A stretch of DNA of 64,000 bases from Gonapodya sp. JEL0774. Taxonomy: Eukaryota. Both the position numbers and the translations under genes were made by a program. Position 1 is the stretch's first letter. The number at the start of each line of letters is the position of its first letter. Under the pieces are notes generated by a model, which saw only the letters and a list, made by a program, of their open reading frames with translations, did not search any database and was not told the DNA's origin. Shown in pieces: positions 58,438-64,000 of this stretch. Where the stretch lies: positions 124,001 through 188,000 of the forward strand of contig JADIIX010000012.1 in assembly GCA_027604505.1 (NCBI GenBank). Reading direction: 5' to 3'.

Positions 58438-60864
58438 ATGAGCACGCAAGCCCATTCCAACACGTCGTCCGTCATTCAGTCGCTCCTAGGTAGGCTTAGC
58501 TGTAATGGGATTACCAAATTCGTTCTAGAAAACGAAGTGGAGCATGTTCAGATTCCTGGGGACAGACAGGAGGTTGTCCTGTCAAGGCCCACTTTTCCGC
58601 GATTTTCAGCTCCTCCGAAAAAGTTGCAGAGGTACGAGACTGTCTTGGAGCTCCCAGCTGCTTAACCCTCAAATGCAAAGACGATTCTTTCGTGGAATCA
58701 GCTTCCAGCGATTAATGATACAGATCCGGGGAATCTTTTGCCTGGCACATTGGTGCGCTTTCGTTGTATGATTCAGGTACTTCTTTTTTGTTGATTTGAG
58801 TGAATGATACTACTTCCTGCTCGCTGGACAAGACCAATCCTCTGTCAGGATAACTCTCTGGACCAAGAACTTTACCAGAAAGAACGAAAAGTTATTGCCG
58901 CCGACGGTTCTACGGTAAGCTCAGAGTTACACATTGTTGAGGTTGCGTTTGAGACGGCTTGCTAATTATTTATTTTTCTAGAGAACTGTTGCAACGAAGT
59001 ACCGTGACTCACTTCCACCGTTGAACCACGGGGAGCGATTCGCGGACAACGACGAGTCCTTTGTTGCTGATCCCTCCCTACTAGGAGATCGTCAGGTTTA
59101 CTATGCGGTGTCCGTGCCCTGTGAGACGGAGTGGGTTCGTCAAGGTTACAAAGAGAACAGTTTGGAGAAACGGAACACCCGCACGACCGGTGGGTGGCAT
59201 TTTAACATATTATTGTAGTGTGCTTACTTATTGTTACTTGCGCATCAGATAGCGAGCTACTTGCCAAAAAGTACCCATTAGGGCGAGCCGCACACACCGC
59301 TGCGATTGCCCTAGTTTACGACGACACTCAGCTGAAGTACAATGATACTGTTGAATTCATCGGTGTAATTGGTGGGTTGAATTCCAAAGAGGACGCCGGA
59401 GATGCGAATGCGGAGGAGGGACATGGCGACTACGATGAATGGGGTGTTGTTCTCCCAAGAGTACCTCGTCTGCACGTAATTTTAGCGAGGCCCCTCGCAT
59501 TTCTTGGCAACCCGTCCTTGCAGTTACCATTCGACCTGCACGCTGAGCGTACGTGAAACTTGATCGATTTTCTTCGCTGATACCCGAATTCTGACGGACT
59601 TGTGAGGTCCTCATGGCAGTTTCCAAATTGAATATTTCCACTATCCGTACGAAGTTACTGCAACGTCTCGCCCACGCTTGCAATGGCGACAATCTCGCTG
59701 CCGAATATGTCCTCATCGCACTTGTCTCACGCATTTACTTCCGGGATTCAATGCCTCTTGGAGCAATGCATTTACGTCTTGTGTCCCCGGATGGCCTTCC
59801 ACGACTTCGACCACTTTTAGAGATGCTTGTACCCCGACTTCACTCTATCAGTCTGACGATTTCCGAATTGAATTCGAAGTCGTACTTGCCAAGCATATCC
59901 GAGCGGCATGGCTTGCTTTCGGGAGAACTTCAATTGGCTGCCGGGACAGTACTGCTGATCGATGAGACCAAACTTGAAGAAGGTGGAGTACGCCCGTTAC
60001 CGGTTGTACCTCACGATCAACTCATATCATCACACCCGAAATTGTGGGTTATTTCCGGATTTCATTCAGGTCAAGTGAAAGGACGCGGGGTACTAAATAT
60101 TCATGGCCTTAAGCAGATCAGAGAATTTAGTAAAGTGCCTGTTGGAATCAGGCCACGAACGGAGACTGAAGATGGTGAAGAGGTTTCAGATAGCTGGATG
60201 GAACAGGAGGCAGATCTCCCTTTGATTGTCGTCGGTTCCACAATTTCCGGGATAGTGATGGTACGGCAGGAGTGTGTTTTCTTCTGGAGTTCTGGGTACA
60301 AGCTCACAAGTTGATTGTTAGGCGGACACGATCATACCAATCGTCCCTGAACGCATGCCGGAGGATCTTTCGTCGGAGTTGAAGAACTTGTCCATAGAAG
60401 ACGAGGATAAATTGTTCGAGCTATGGCGGAAGTATTTAAGCATTGCTCGTGAAGCCGATTACTCGACGCCAGACGATATGTCCAAGGTAAATTTTCTTTT
60501 CGAACAAAGCTATATCTCGGCTTTGATTTTACTTGTTCCATCAAACCTCGAAATCTGGGCAAACACCGTTCAGTACATTGAGACTGATTTTGTTGCTGCA
60601 CGACAAAGAGCCGCACAAAACAAATTACGTCTTCCGGGACAAACAGATCTCTTCCATTGGGTTTCTCTTGCAAGGTAAATAAAGAACGCGCGGCCGATGT
60701 TCCTTCGCCCGGACAGGATAGCAACAAGATGCAAACGTTTCAGGTTACTCTCTTTGAGCCTTGGAATGCAGCATCTTACTCGAGAAACATGGCAACGTAC
60801 GAAAGCACTGGAACAATCCAGGCTGCTACGCCAAGAGGGGAGAACTACGGGGAGGATCGGATAG
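58438..60864 (+). CDS. MCMBP: Mini-chromosome maintenance complex-binding protein
   Basis: PGTLVRFRCMIQD, YYAVSVPCETEW, VEFIGV, VPRLHVI, GDNLAAEYVLIALVSR, LLSGELQLAAGTVLLIDETKLEEG, IETDFVAARQ. Confidence 0.92.
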
Positions 60865-60957
60865 ATGAAATCTGTGTGATGTTGTATTGATCTACTAGCA
60901 CGTCATGTAGAATTAATGGCTGATGACATAGATATACTGTAGCAGCAGTACAAAAGA

Positions 60958-64000
<3,043 letters not shown>

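Overview
Gene-dense, intron-rich eukaryotic DNA. Short GT-AG introns with CTRAC-type branch points and the gene content point to an early-diverging, probably zoosporic (chytrid/monoblepharid-like) fungus; this taxonomic call is inference. The ORF track shows only exon fragments, so I spliced genes by hand and boundaries are approximate unless stated. About 17 genes, left to right: glucosidase II alpha (runs off left edge), a Cys-rich single-TM protein, mitochondrial GatB, acetyl-CoA carboxylase, a Bli-3-like FMN split-barrel protein, a GRAM/VASt sterol-transfer protein, an FMN 2-hydroxyacid oxidase, SF3A1/Prp21, a GPI-anchored GH16, a FAX/metaxin-like GST-fold protein, a 9-exon class A GPCR, an ABCF2-like ATPase with a very long charged N-terminus, a UBX+LRR protein, an EST1/SMG5-6-like PIN protein, an intronless F-box-like ORF, EFL1/RIA1, MCM-BP and a type IIC-like P-type ATPase (runs off right edge). 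A probable pseudogene lies at about 33-34 kb. The standout is the GPCR at 35017-36925 (+), which the ORF track does not reveal. It splices to a 325-aa 7TM protein with exact rhodopsin spacing and a Lys at the retinal-binding position (K296/7.43 equivalent), but it has no canonical counterion and degenerate G-protein activation motifs. It is a candidate animal-type (type 2) opsin or retinal photoisomerase in a fungus. No tRNA, rRNA, CRISPR array or transposon was recognised.
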